The notes under the pieces were generated by a model, which saw nothing but the letters and a program-made list of their open reading frames with translations, was not told the origin of the DNA and ran no database searches. From contig CM022665.1 in the NCBI GenBank assembly GCA_012295275.1, forward strand, positions 34,224,001 through 34,288,000: 64,000 bases of DNA, written 5' to 3'. This document shows positions 1 to 13,300 of this stretch, one piece after another (the stretch's first letter is position 1; each line of letters begins with the position of its first letter). The translations under genes were made by a program, and so were the position numbers. Origin of the DNA: Chrysomallon squamiferum. Lineage: Eukaryota > Animalia > Mollusca.

Positions 1-669
1 ATTATTTTTTTGTTTTGTTTAAACCAACAAAAACCACCTAAAAACAACAACAACAACCCATTGTTATTTGTCTAAAATAACTGGAAGATGCTAAAATATT
101 ATTCAGAAATACTAAAATGAGAAATGTGATGAAGGAATCTCGACATTTTGTTATTAAAATTATTTTATTAGATATCATTTGTGGATTTTTTATTTTTTGT
201 GTGAAAATTGTGTGTTGTGTTTTATTTTATTTTCATCTCTATTTTTTATTATTATTATTTTTTTTAACCTGATAATTCTGGTTATTTAAATCTTCAATTC
301 TTTATTCAATAAAAAAATTCATATGTACTTCTGAGAATCTCTAGAAGCATGTCTTTATGATATCACTGCAAAAATTATGAAACTGCAGTATATCACGCGA
401 TCATTATATTTACGGAGTATGATATTCAATATTTATAATATTCTAACGAGCAGTTTCAGAAATTATGTTTTGCATATTTGTAGATAAATTTTAAAGTTTT
501 AATATGTACATTATCAAATAGAAGACGCAAATTAAATAAATAAATTAATAATAATAATAATAACAACAACAATAATAGTAATACAACAGTGTATATTTCC
601 AAATAAGTAATAACTTTATAAAACAAATCTATCAACGAAAATTGATTCCATTATTTCTGCGGTTTATCT

Positions 670-1213
670 TCACGATACCCATTCTGCTGCAAGTTCAAAA
701 AAAAAAAAAATATATATATATATTTAAATATTCTTCAAAATAGTCAAATTAAAAACATATTGAAAATTATTAACATTGTCATAATCACCGTTTATATTGC
801 TATTATTATTATTATTAAGACGTACGAATGATTATTTATAGGCTTTGTAATTAGAAAAACAAGAGGTACAAATAACTACTCGTCTAAATATTTGTCCCGA
901 CACGTTTGGCTTTAACCTTTTTATTTTTTTTATTTTTTTATTTTTTTACGTCGACAATGCACTTCTTGGTTAGGTTTATGAAGTGCAATCGCTTATAATC
1001 ACAATTAATAAAAACAGTGGTAATTCAAACGAACAAGTTAAAGTGGCTTACCTAACATCAACTAAACCTTCTTCATCCAGCATCTCACTGAGTACATTAG
1101 TTAGATAGTTAGCTTGTCGTTCTTTTAGGACGACAGTTAGTGCCTATGGTGATAAAAAACGTAGATGTGTTACTGTAAAATATAGAACTCCCTAAAATTC
1201 CTTTCTACTGTAA

Positions 1214-1277
<64 letters not shown>

Positions 1278-1782
1278 TTATTATTTTTATTATTTTTAAC
1301 CGTACAGAAGTGATCATTATAACAGATTCTTAATTTGTTTTTCCTGTAACATACCCACCTCCAAAGATCGGATGAAATCGAAAGGAGTAATCTTAGAACC
1401 TGGCACTTTATTTTTAAAATAACTGATATAGTCAATGTTCTTATCTCTTAAATAACATTTTATGAAGCATAAGACATTTCCTTTGTTCATTTTATCAGCT
1501 GGAATTCCAAATATTACGTCTGTGTTCGCAGAGATGAAAAACAAATGAAAATACAACATTAAATACACATACATAAAAAGCCTAAATATTAATGAGACAA
1601 GACCTATTTTTGAATTTATATGGATCTTTGTTTTTATGAAAGTAAATAAACAGACTTTTGTTTATAAGCTATCTCGAAAGACAAAATAATATAATAAAAC
1701 AAAATAAAATAAATAAAAAATAATTAATAAACACAAACATTCGAAAACTTCATCTTTAAAATAAGTTTTATTACTGCTTACA

Positions 1783-1820
<38 letters not shown>

Positions 1821-2368
1821 GCCCGAATATTTATTTATAATTTTTAGACATGAATGTTATTTTAATACAATTACTTTGTTCATTTTCTGCCTTTCGAAGA
1901 GCGAAGTCTCCCTAAAACAACGCCATGTTTAATTATAACCGGTCTTGTTTTCAAAAATTCATTTTTCTGTTGAATAAAACTATCATCCACTTCCACGAAC
2001 TGCACGAATATTGACAGAAAACAAAAAAATGATAATAATGATAATAAATAATAAAAAAACAAATTAGGTAAAAAGATAATATTTTAATATAATGTGTTTT
2101 AAAAATGTGCCTGTTATACATACGTGTGTATGTATGTATATTTATTCGTGTATTTATTTATGATGACGATTATTATTATTATTATACATTTTTTTCCTAA
2201 TCTTCTCATTATTGTTTTAATACTGCACGGTCTTTAATAAATAATAACTATTGTAGTTATTTTGCATGTACTTGCCGACATATCCAGTAAACTGACGGCG
2301 CTGTTTTCTGTAGAGATTGCTGTGAGAAGAGCTTTGGCCCCAGCCACTTCCATCGGATTGTGAGCTAT
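670..2368 (-). pseudogene. Duplicated, disabled 3' exons (10-14) of the LRRC74-like gene
   Basis: Exons 2276-2368, 1875-1999, 1359-1498, 1052-1143 and 670-~697 match the right copy. There is a +1 C at 1910-1912 (exon is 125 nt instead of 124). The last acceptor AG is absent (aagttcaaaa here vs aagttcactgaaaa at 9198-9211). Confidence 0.8.
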
Positions 2369-2966
2369 CTAAATATTAATAACAACAACAATATTAATTT
2401 ATTTAATCTGATGAAACTCATGCTTAAATTAATTTGAAATCTTTAACATTGTATCAAACATTTTGATACAACTTTTCCCCGGATTTTATCTGATGATTTA
2501 TGTTGACATGATATGCCTATTTACTACATGTTGCACTGTTTAGAGTTTTAGACAGCTTAATCAATATTTCTATAAGGAGAATCGTCATATCGTTTACAGG
2601 TTTTAATTATTATTGCTTTTTTCTGTTCCAATTTCTTATCATACAGAAAATCAACGAATACAGATAATTTTATAAAATGACTGGAACATTAAAGTGCATC
2701 TATTGAGATAAGAATAAATAATGTAATAAAATTATTTGTATTTAAAATATGTTATTTTAATGTCTTGAGCGACATGTCATCGACATGTTGTACTCCAGAG
2801 GTGTCTCGATTCCTATAACAAGGCATGACAATAAAATAATAGTTTCACCATTACGTAACTGGATCATGATGTCATTGTTCTATTCCATCTTGTCGAAGTT
2901 ATAATTAAATCTTTAATCCCATTCACGGTACCCTCAAATAAGACAATGGACTAGGCCACATGGTCG

Positions 2967-4853
2967 AGTGTCGTCCCATCCAATCAAATCCCATGTACCG
3001 GCCACAGAGGAACAACAAAACAAGTTGAATTTGCGTATTTGTGTATTTAATATTCAAGCACTATATTCAGGGATACTGTGTTCAGATACACTATCATCAT
3101 CCTAGTTACGAAGTTCAAGTTTCACGAGGTGTCCAACTGCATCGAGGTACTGGAGAGGTGTCTTGGCTCCAGCCTGCAACTGTCTCTTGAGACGTCCTAG
3201 CCGGTTGTCACATTCCCTGTACACTCGCTTCCTGGGTGGAGCTGCACCTGAATTATTTTGTCCCGCTCTGCCTTCTCGATTCCTTGGATGAGGTCTACAA
3301 ACTTGTAGATGTTGGGGTGCTGGTGGGGTAGAGCTCTGTTGAGCCTTGAATGGAACCCTTCCAAGTTGTTGTTTGTCCTGGGTCCTGTGGTGGCAGAGTG
3401 GTTCCACAAGAGAACAGGAAAGCGGGAGTCATCGTCCACCCAGTTTGTCACCGTGTAATCGTTCATCTCGACTGCTCTTGGCTTCCAACCAGGCACCCTG
3501 GACCTCAGCAATCGGAAGCAGTGGCAGTGCTGCAGCTCGTCGGATCCACGTCTGCACGTCTGGGTCGTTCTTGTGCAGGATGGCTAGTCCGAGGTCAGCG
3601 GTCTTGCGCCACACAGCCTGGCAGAAGTGGAAGAAGCAGCCTTTCAGCACAGCACGTGGAAAAACCTGCTCAAGAGCCCGGATGGAAGCCATCTCGAAGT
3701 CCGTTTGGCATACGGGGACCAAACAATCCATGCACAATGTACACTTGGTCCCACAAACCAGGGCAAGAGGAGAACGTCCATGTAGATCGTCTCGGCCGCC
3801 TGTAGATTTCTTACCTGATCATCGGTTGAGAATACCACCATTTTGTCAGCATCTCCATCCGTGAACAAGAGGAAGCGCTTCCCATCTTTTGTTTGTGTCC
3901 AGGGTCCTTGTAGGTCCAGTTCTTCTCTGGAGGCTGGGAGGACGGGGATGGTGGTTTTACGATAACGGTACAAGGCGCTCTTCACACTGTGGAAGGTAGG
4001 CAAGACGGGAACGCGGGCAATCTCATCGTTGTAGATCTGTTGCATGGTTGCATCGCTTGCGGATGGTGCTCATGAAACGAATGGCAGTCTCGTTATCGGG
4101 TGGGTGATCGTGCCCAAAGGAATTGCGAACATAGTCGCCAACAGTGGTAACTTTCCCCTTGCATGGCCTGTCAACGCACCTCCAGTAAACACTGTCAGCA
4201 TTCGATCGGTTCTTACTGTACAGATACCCATCAAGTAAGACCTATGGTTGACCACGAGCAGACTGGACGTATTCCACTTTCCTCAGACCCGCCATACTGA
4301 TAACTATAGGTACCGTCTTGATCACAGCCTTCTAACCCAGTTTGAGACAATTCTACTAATTTGCGAATAAGAAGTGTTGACTACTAATTTGCTTTCATGA
4401 GTAGGATTCACCGCAATGGATTAATAAACAAAACAAACCAGAGAAGACTGGCTAAACAAAACACTGTAAGGCAAGGGAGGATTCACCAATTTGAAAAACA
4501 ATTAAACATGACACGGGATGCAATTGAAAATGTTAAACAAGCTAATGAAGATTTGATCAACAGGCTAAAGAAAACAATGTGAAACAAAGGAAGATTAACC
4601 AATTTTCCAAAAAAGATCGCACAAGATTCGATTGTTTTTAACTGACAGAGAAGATTGGATTAATAGGCTAAACAAAACAATTTGTGAAACAAAGGAGGAT
4701 TAACCAATGTTCAAGAAATAAAAGAAACACAAGACACAAAACAAATAATACATTTACCGCATTGGATTAGCCCATTCAGCAGCGAGGTAGGGTCAGGTTG
4801 TTATTCCTGTATTAATTTCGACAAAATGGGATTCGGCAAGATGGGACGACACC
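2967..4853 (-). mobile_element. Mutator-like (MULE) DNA transposon, decayed, copy 1
   Basis: Imperfect TIRs: agtgtcgtcccatccaatcaaatcccat at 2967 and the reverse complement of atgggattcggcaagatgggacgacacc ending at 4853. The interior is GC-rich and carries a transposase. No TSD found. Confidence 0.8.
3102..4295 (-). pseudogene. FLYWCH + MULE DDE transposase pseudogene, copy 1
   Basis: Across frames: MAGLRKVEY..DGYLYSKNR..YWRCVDRPCKG..GHDHPPD (FLYWCH), then TIYMD, QTDFE, GCFFHFCQAVWRK and RTNNNLEGFHSRLN (MULE D/D/CxxH/E motifs). One internal stop and several frameshifting deletions. Confidence 0.92.
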
Positions 4854-5033
4854 ATTTTTGAAGGCAAAATTAGGATCACACCTCATCGCCAATTTCAAAC
4901 GAAAAAGATTAACTTGAGCATGTAAATAACTGTTAAATTTGTTTTCTAATATAATACAGTTTACTTCTGTTTTACTCTCAGGGATGCCTAGAGCTAGTCT
5001 GTTGATTCGTACCTATTTAATAACATACACACA

Positions 5034-5073
<40 letters not shown>

Positions 5074-5233
5074 CTCTCTCTCTCTCTTTCTTTCTGTCAC
5101 TTTGGGGTATTAAAATATTTTATTATCATCTCAACAGTTTATTAGTATTAGTTCAAAAAACAAGAGAAGACACATGTTTCCCACTTTAATGTTTTATTAT
5201 ATCTTTGAAATATGCTTGTGACAATATTAACAG

Positions 5234-7252
5234 GTACAACTACAGACACAGGCTGGGAAATTTTCTTACTCTGGGACAGTGGACGCAATGAAAAATGTCA
5301 ATTCATATGGCTTGGTAAGAGGAGTGGTAACTGAATAGATGTCTCAGAAACAAACGAACAAACAAACAAATGATAACAATAATAACAATAATAATAATAA
5401 TAATAATTAATTGGATTCAGTCAGAACTATAAGGGAGTATTCAAAGATGCTGAGTTAAAACGAGTGATAGGGGACGAAAATTAAACATTACGAATACGCT
5501 TATTTCACATATTCATTAATCATGTAGACAATGAAACATTAATTTTAGCTTCAGCAGAATAATGAAAGATATAATATTTATGCTTTTTCTTACAATTGTT
5601 TTGTTTGTCACAAAGATTTTAAATATGCGATATGTAGCATACAATATCAATGAGAGTCGTATCGCCACAATTAGAACGTCCTATTTCCTATTAAAAATTA
5701 TAAACTCGACCAGTGTACAGCAAAATATGATACTAGAGTTCTGTCCCTTAGCTGCTTTTCTTTCTAAAGTTTTAATTAATTTTTTTTTAAATATTTACCC
5801 TGTATAATGTATTTAAAAAAAAAAAAAAAAATCTTTAATTTTTAATATTGTATGCTGGATATGGTATTATGAGAGCTCATTATATTAAACTGCTTTAACT
5901 CGATTTAATTGGCTTAATGTCTTACTATATATTTATTTATTTATTTTAATTAATTTATTTTTTAGTATTATTAAAAAAAAAAATATATATAATAATAATA
6001 AATAAAAATATTTTAATTTCTGCTTTTTATGTCATACCTGCTGTCGCTTGTCTGGTGTATTTTAAACATATTTTACTTTGTTCTTTAACTTCAGTTAAAT
6101 GATATATTATTGTATGCCATGCTTATACCTCGGAGATGGGAATTTGCACTCATAAAAGAATACAAATGCAGTTTTTTTTTACTTGAAAGAAAGTAAGCGA
6201 TGCATGGATAGGTTTGCCTTCTGTCAAACCGTTTGTAAACTCAATTTAAAAAAATAAAAATAAAAACTATAAAAGATAAAAAAAAAAATTCATAGTTTTA
6301 TTTATGATCGATTGATTGATTTTGTTGTGAGGATAATTGCTGGGTGTTGTTTATTAAAAGTTCTAATAATTTAACTCGTGTGTGTTTGTATTAACATTGT
6401 TATAAGACCAATTTTCAAAACTCACATTAAAAAATTATTTTGAAATATGAGTTTAAGGCAACAAGAACGCAGTAAATAAAATTAAATATTCGACTTAGTC
6501 TAAAATAATAATGTCTTCATCTGCAAACATTAAAATCGATCGTGGTGGGGAAGAAAAGGAACATATTTGTAGCGAGAAATTAGTGTTGAAAGACGTACAA
6601 CTTTGTTAATACAGTGTCCGTGTTGAAATATTTATTATATTAGAATTATGTAAAGGGTTTCTAGTCATAACAATTATTCTGTGATAAAGGTTAGAGCATT
6701 TTTCACAAATATTCATTGAATCACAGCATTCTTCTTATATCAAACGTATTTTTAATTTAGAAAAAAAAGAAAAAAAAAAAAAAAAGAAGAAGAAAACCTA
6801 TATTATATGAACATTAATACTAAAGAGTTAAGCGAGGAAGAAGACAACAAAATAATTGTGGTATCCTTAATTTCTTTTTTTTACCTGTGTTCTACACAGA
6901 TGCGAGGTACTTTCCGAGGAATGTCATGGCCTCTCTTATCATATGGTATTGTCAATGCGGTCTTCTTTGGTGTGTATGGAAATAGTCTAAAGCTTTTGCA
7001 GTGGGTGAGAAAAGATGAAGATCGCATTTCGAATATGGATATTTTCCTTTCTGGATGCTTGGCAGGGGCCGCCTCAGTCATGTTTGGCTGTCCCATTGAC
7101 CTCTTTAAGGTCGTTCTTCAGTCCCAGATCCCACACGAGATTACTTCATCCGGTAAGACGGGTTAAGCAATACGCATGTCTTCCGTATGTTGCCAGTTAG
7201 AGGCAAATACAATCGTTCAGATGGCTAATTCAGGATATTTTATTAATTATTA

Positions 7253-7283
<31 letters not shown>

Positions 7284-8092
7284 CCATCATTTCGCCTACT
7301 TTCTTTCATATTAAAATATGGAGTATATCCCCCAACCCTTTGTATACTAGCATGTTTTACTTACGATCCAACAGTGATATTAAGAAAAATAAGTAAAATA
7401 AAACATTTTAAAAAGTAAAGAAATCGGGAAAGTTACACCTGTAACATGAAAATAACGATCAAATAATTTAATATAAAAACATGAAAACAAAAAAACCCAC
7501 CTTAACAATGCAAATTATATTCACCTTCAGTTTCAACTTAATTATAATAACAATATATTCTTTGTTAAAAGAAACGCTGAATGATAACTTCTTATTTGAT
7601 TGTTTATTTTCACAGGTGGGCATGTAACATATCGTGTTGGAAAATTCTATAAAGGACCCTGGGAATGTGCAGTGGACCTGTTTAGAAAGAATGGAATTAG
7701 AGGTTGGTACAAAGGCTTGGTCGCAATGCTCTATCGCGATGTGCCATCATTTGGTCTATACTGTTCTGTGTATGAGTATCTCAGTAGCCAGATGCACAGA
7801 TACCAATGGACAGATTCAAGAGGAATTACTTCAAGTATTGTAGAAGGGAGGTTGTGCGGGTATTTCCGCATGGGTCGTAGTAATGCCCCTTGATTTCGTT
7901 AAAAGTCGTCTGCAGTCAGACGTTCAAGGAAAATACAAAGGCATCATAGACTGTTTTAAAAAGAGCGCTGAAAGCGAAGGAATTCGTGTTTTATTCAGGG
8001 GAACTCTAATAACGTGTCTGAGAGCATTTCCAGTAAACGCAACAACATTTTTAGTTTACTCACAAACTCTACAGTATCTCTCCTACCTTTAG
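5234..8092 (+). pseudogene. SLC25A45-like mitochondrial carrier, last three coding exons, left copy (frameshifted)
   Basis: Exons 5234-5314, 6900-7152 and 7616-8092 with AG/GT sites. gtagaagggagg at ~7840-7851 vs gtagcgggagg in the right copy shifts the frame in the last exon; this may be a sequencing error. Confidence 0.8.
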
Positions 8093-9176
8093 ATTATATT
8101 AATCATAGACATATCCTTTAATACTGAGATATGCGATATATATATATATATACATACATACATTTTGAATATATTAATTCGTATTTCGTTACTGATCAAT
8201 TTTTTTTTTTCAAAACTGTTATTAGATTTAGTTAGGGCATACTCGTTTTAAATAGGTAATAAATATTATTAACATCCACATTAAGTGTTATTTACGGTTG
8301 CTGTTTTTGTTCATTAATGATGTGATTACCTTCTCAGCCAAATTAATATGCAGTTCTTGAAGGACACTCGCACAAAGCTTTAGACATGTACAAATCCCAA
8401 CATATAATCAAGGGTTTTCTCTGTATTCAGTTTAGCACTCAATAAAGTAAAACAAATAAATAAAAAATAATTTAAAAAAGTTACAAAAAGAATAAATTAA
8501 GAATTATTATTATTTTTTTGTTTTGTTTAAACCAACAAAAACCACCTAAAAACAACAACAACAACCCATTGTTATTTGTCTAAAATAACTGGAAGATGCT
8601 AAAATATTATTCAGAAATACTAAAATGAGAAATGTGATGAAGGAATCTCGACATTTTGTTATTAAAATTATTTTATTAGATATCATTTGTGGATTTTTTA
8701 TTTTTTGTGTGAAAATTGTGTGTTGTGTTTTATTTTATTTTCATCTCTATTTTTTATTATTATTATTTTTTTTAACCTGATAATTCTGGTTATTTAAATC
8801 TTCAATTCTTTATTCAATAAAAAATTCATATGTACTTCTGAGAATCTCTAGAAGCATGTCTTTATGATATCACTGCAAAAATTATGAAACTGCAGTATAT
8901 CACGCGATCATTATATTTACGGAGTATGATATTCAATATTTATAATATTCTAACGAGCAGTTTCAGAAATTATGTTTTGCATATTTGTAGATAAATTTTA
9001 AAGTTTTAATATGTACATTATCAAATAGAAGACGCAAATTAAATAAATAAATTAATAATAATAATAATAACAACAACAATAATAGTAATACAACAGTGTA
9101 TATTTCCAAATAAGTAATAACTTTATAAAACAAATCTATCAACGAAAATTGATTCCATTATTTCTGCGGTTTATCT

Positions 9177-9724
9177 TCACGATACCCATTCTGCTGCAAG
9201 TTCACTGAAAAAAAAAAAAAATATATATATATATTTAAATATTCTTCAAAATAGTCAAATTAAAAACATATTGAAAATTATTAACATTGTCATAATCACC
9301 GTTTATATTGCTATTATTATTATTATTAAGACGTACGAATGATTATTTATAGGCTTTGTAATTAGAAAAACAAGAGGTACAAATAACTACTCGTCTAAAT
9401 ATTTGTCCCGACACGTTTGGCTTTAACCTTTTTATTTTTTTTATTTTTTTTTTTTTTTACGTCGACAATGCACTTCTTGGTTAGGTTTATGAAGTGCAAT
9501 CGCTTATAATCACAATTAATAAAAACAGTGGTAATTCAAACGAACAAGTTAAAGTGGCTTACCTAACATCAACTAAACCTTCTTCATCCAGCATCTCACT
9601 GAGTACATTAGTTAGATAGTTAGCTTGTCGTTCTTTTAGGACGACAGTTAGTGCCTATGGTGATAAAAAACGTAGATGTGTTACTGTAAAATATAGAACT
9701 CCCTAAAATTCCTTTCTACTGTAA

Positions 9725-9779
<55 letters not shown>

Positions 9780-10284
9780 TTATTATTTTTATTATTTTTA
9801 ACCGTACAGAAGTGATCATTATAACAGATTCTTAATTTGTTTTTCCTGTAACATACCCACCTCCAAAGATCGGATGAAATCGAAAGGAGTAATCTTAGAA
9901 CCTGGCACTTTATTTTTAAAATAACTGATATAGTCAATGTTCTTATCTCTTAAATAACATTTTATGAAGCATAAGACATTTCCTTTGTTCATTTTATCAG
10001 CTGGAATTCCAAATATTACGTCTGTGTTCGCAGAGATGAAAAACAAATGAAAATACAACATTAAATACACATACATAAAAAGCCTAAATATTAATGAGAC
10101 AAGACCTATTTTTGAATTTATATGGATCTTTGTTTTTATGAAAGTAAATAAACAGACTTTTGTTTATAAGCTATCTCGAAAGACAAAATAATATAATAAA
10201 ACAAAATAAAATAAATAAAAAATAATTAATAAACACAAACATTCGAAAACTTCATCTTTAAAATAAGTTTTATTACTGCTTACA

Positions 10285-10325
<41 letters not shown>

Positions 10326-13300
10326 GCCCGAATATTTATTTATAATTTTTAGACATGAATGTTATTTTAATACAATTACTTTGTTCATTTTCTGCCTTTC
10401 GAAGAGCGAAGTCTCCTAAAACAACGCCATGTTTAATTATAACCGGTCTTGTTTTCAAAAATTCATTTTTCTGTTGAATAAAACTATCATCCACTTCCAC
10501 GAACTGCACGAATATTGACAGAAAACAAAAAAATGATAATAATGATAATAAATAATAAAAAAACAAATTAGGTAAAAAGATAATATTTTAATATAATGTG
10601 TTTTAAAAATGTGCCTGTTATACATACGTGTGTATGTATGTATATTTATTCGTGTATTTATTTATGATGACGATTATTATTATTATTATACATTTTTTTC
10701 CTAATCTTCTCATTATTGTTTTAATACTGCACGGTCTTTAATAAATAATAACTATTGTAGTTATTTTGCATGTACTTGCCGACATATCCAGTAAACTGAC
10801 GGCGCTGTTTTCTGTAGAGATTGCTGTGAGAAGAGCTTTGGCCCCAGCCACTTCCATCGGATTGTGAGCTATCTAAATATTAATAACAACAACAATATTA
10901 ATTTATTTAATCTGATGAAACTCATGCTTAAATTAATTTGAAATCTTTAACATTGTATCAAACATTTTGATACAACTTTTCCCCGGATTTTATCTGATGA
11001 TTTATGTTGACATGATATGCCTATTTACTACATGTTGCACTGTTTAGAGTTTTAGACAGCTTAATCAATATTTCTATAAGGAGAATCGTCATATCGTTTA
11101 CAGGTTTTAATTATTATTGCTTTTTTCTGTTCCAATTTCTTATCATACAGAAAATCAACGAATACAGATAATTTTATAAAATGACTGGAACATTAAAGTG
11201 CATCTATTGAGATAAGAATAAATAATGTAATAAAATTATTTGTATTTAAAATATGTTATTTTAATGTCTTGAGCGACATGTCATCGACATGTTGTACTCC
11301 AGAGGTGTCTCGATTCCTATAACAAGGCATGACAATAAAATAATAGTTTCACCATTACGTAACTGGATCATGATGTCATTGTTCTATTCCATCTTGTCGA
11401 AGTTATAATTAAATCTTTAATCCCATTCACGGTACCCTCAAATAAGACAATGGACTAGGCCACATGGTCGAGTGTCGTCCCATCCAATCAAATCCCATGT
11501 ACCGGCCACAGAGGAACAACAAAACAAGTTGAATTTGCGTATTTGTGTATTTAATATTCAAGCACTATATTCAGGGATACTGTGTTCAGATACACTATCA
11601 TCATCCTAGTTACGAAGTTCAAGTTTCACGAGGTGTCCAACTGCATCGAGGTACTGGAGAGGTGTCTTGGCTCCAGCCTGCAACTGTCTCTTGAGACGTC
11701 CTAGCCGGTTGTCACATTCCCTGTACACTCGCTTCCTGGGTGGAGCTGCACCTGAATTATTTTGTCCCGCTCTGCCTTCTCGATTCCTTGGATGAGGTCT
11801 ACAAACTTGTAGATGTTGGGGTGCTGGTGGGGTAGAGCTCTGTTGAGCCTTGAATGGAACCCTTCCAAGTTGTTGTTTGTCCTGGGTCCTGTGGTGGCAG
11901 AGTGGTTCCACAAGAGAACAGGAAAGCGGGAGTCATCGTCCACCCAGTTTGTCACCGTGTAATCGTTCATCTCGACTGCTCTTGGCTTCCAACCAGGCAC
12001 CCTGGACCTCAGCAATCGGAAGCAGTGGCAGTGCTGCAGCTCGTCGGATCCACGTCTGCACGTCTGGGTCGTTCTTGTGCAGGATGGCTAGTCCGAGGTC
12101 AGCGGTCTTGCGCCACACAGCCTGGCAGAAGTGGAAGAAGCAGCCTTTCAGCACAGCACGTGGAAAAACCTGCTCAAGAGCCCGGATGGAAGCCATCTCG
12201 AAGTCCGTTTGGCATACGGGGACCAAACAATCCATGCACAATGTACACTTGGTCCCACAAACCAGGGCAAGAGGAGAACGTCCATGTAGATCGTCTCGGC
12301 CGCCTGTAGATTTCTTACCTGATCATCGGTTGAGAATACCACCATTTTGTCAGCATCTCCATCCGTGAACAAGAGGAAGCGCTTCCCATCTTTTGTTTGT
12401 GTCCAGGGTCCTTGTAGGTCCAGTTCTTCTCTGGAGGCTGGGAGGACGGGGATGGTGGTTTTACGATAACGGTACAAGGCGCTCTTCACACTGTGGAAGG
12501 TAGGCAAGACGGGAACGCGGGCAATCTCATCGTTGTAGATCTGTTGCATGGTTGCATCGCTTGCGGATGGTGCTCATGAAACGAATGGCAGTCTCGTTAT
12601 CGGGTGGGTGATCGTGCCCAAAGGAATTGCGAACATAGTCGCCAACAGTGGTAACTTTCCCCTTGCATGGCCTGTCAACGCACCTCCAGTAAACACTGTC
12701 AGCATTCGATCGGTTCTTACTGTACAGATACCCATCAAGTAAGACCTATGGTTGACCACGAGCAGACTGGACGTATTCCACTTTCCTCAGACCCGCCATA
12801 CTGATAACTATAGGTACCGTCTTGATCACAGCCTTCTAACCCAGTTTGAGACAATTCTACTAATTTGCGAATAAGAAGTGTTGACTACTAATTTGCTTTT
12901 CATGAGTAGGATTCACCGCAATGGATTAATAAACAAAACAAACCAGAGAAGACTGGCTAAACAAAACACTGTAAGGCAAGGGAGGATTCACCAATTTGAA
13001 AAACAATTAAACATGACACGGGATGCAATTGAAAATGTTAAACAAGCTAATGAAGATTTGATCAACAGGCTAAAGAAAACAATGTGAAACAAAGGAAGAT
13101 TAACCAATTTTCCAAAAAAAGATCGCACAAGATTCGATTGTTTTAACTGACAGAGAAGATTGGATTAATAGGCTAAACAAAACAATTTGTGAAACAAAGG
13201 AGGATTAACCAATGTTCAAGAAATAAAAGAAACACAAGACACAAAACAAATAATACATTTACCGCATTGGATTAGCCCATTCAGCAGCGAGGTAGGGTCA

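Larger units (their letters stand above)
1..8177. repeat. Tandem segmental duplication, left copy of a ~8.5 kb unit (probably starts ~330 bp before the window)
   Basis: Position 1 aligns to 8509 (attatttttttgttttgtttaaacc) and identity runs to ~8177 vs ~16670 (gaatatatta). The differences I found are mostly homopolymer or microsatellite length changes. The ORF track repeats with an offset of ~8500. Confidence 0.97.

Noticed and set aside
1205-1435. Poly-Asn ORF (also 9716-9937 and 20021-20239)
   Set aside because: Translation of (AAT)n microsatellites overlapping a real exon in another frame or lying in introns.
3346-3864. Plus-strand 172 aa and 151 aa ORFs (and copies at 11850-12368)
   Set aside because: Antisense shadows of the GC-rich MULE transposase; no recognisable motifs.
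4450-4715. Spaced repeats superficially like a CRISPR array
   Set aside because: Eukaryotic intron context, only three degenerate units, related spacers and no cas genes.
4982-5025. Strong acceptor (ttactctcag) upstream of the first carrier exon as the missing SLC25 5' exon
   Set aside because: No frame gives GHPxDTxK-like sequence and no suitable in-phase donor follows.
8330-8422. Exon-like segment on the minus strand (cag...GAGAAG|gtaatc) in the junction-unique region
   Set aside because: All three frames contain a stop from that acceptor, and it cannot be assigned to a gene within the window.
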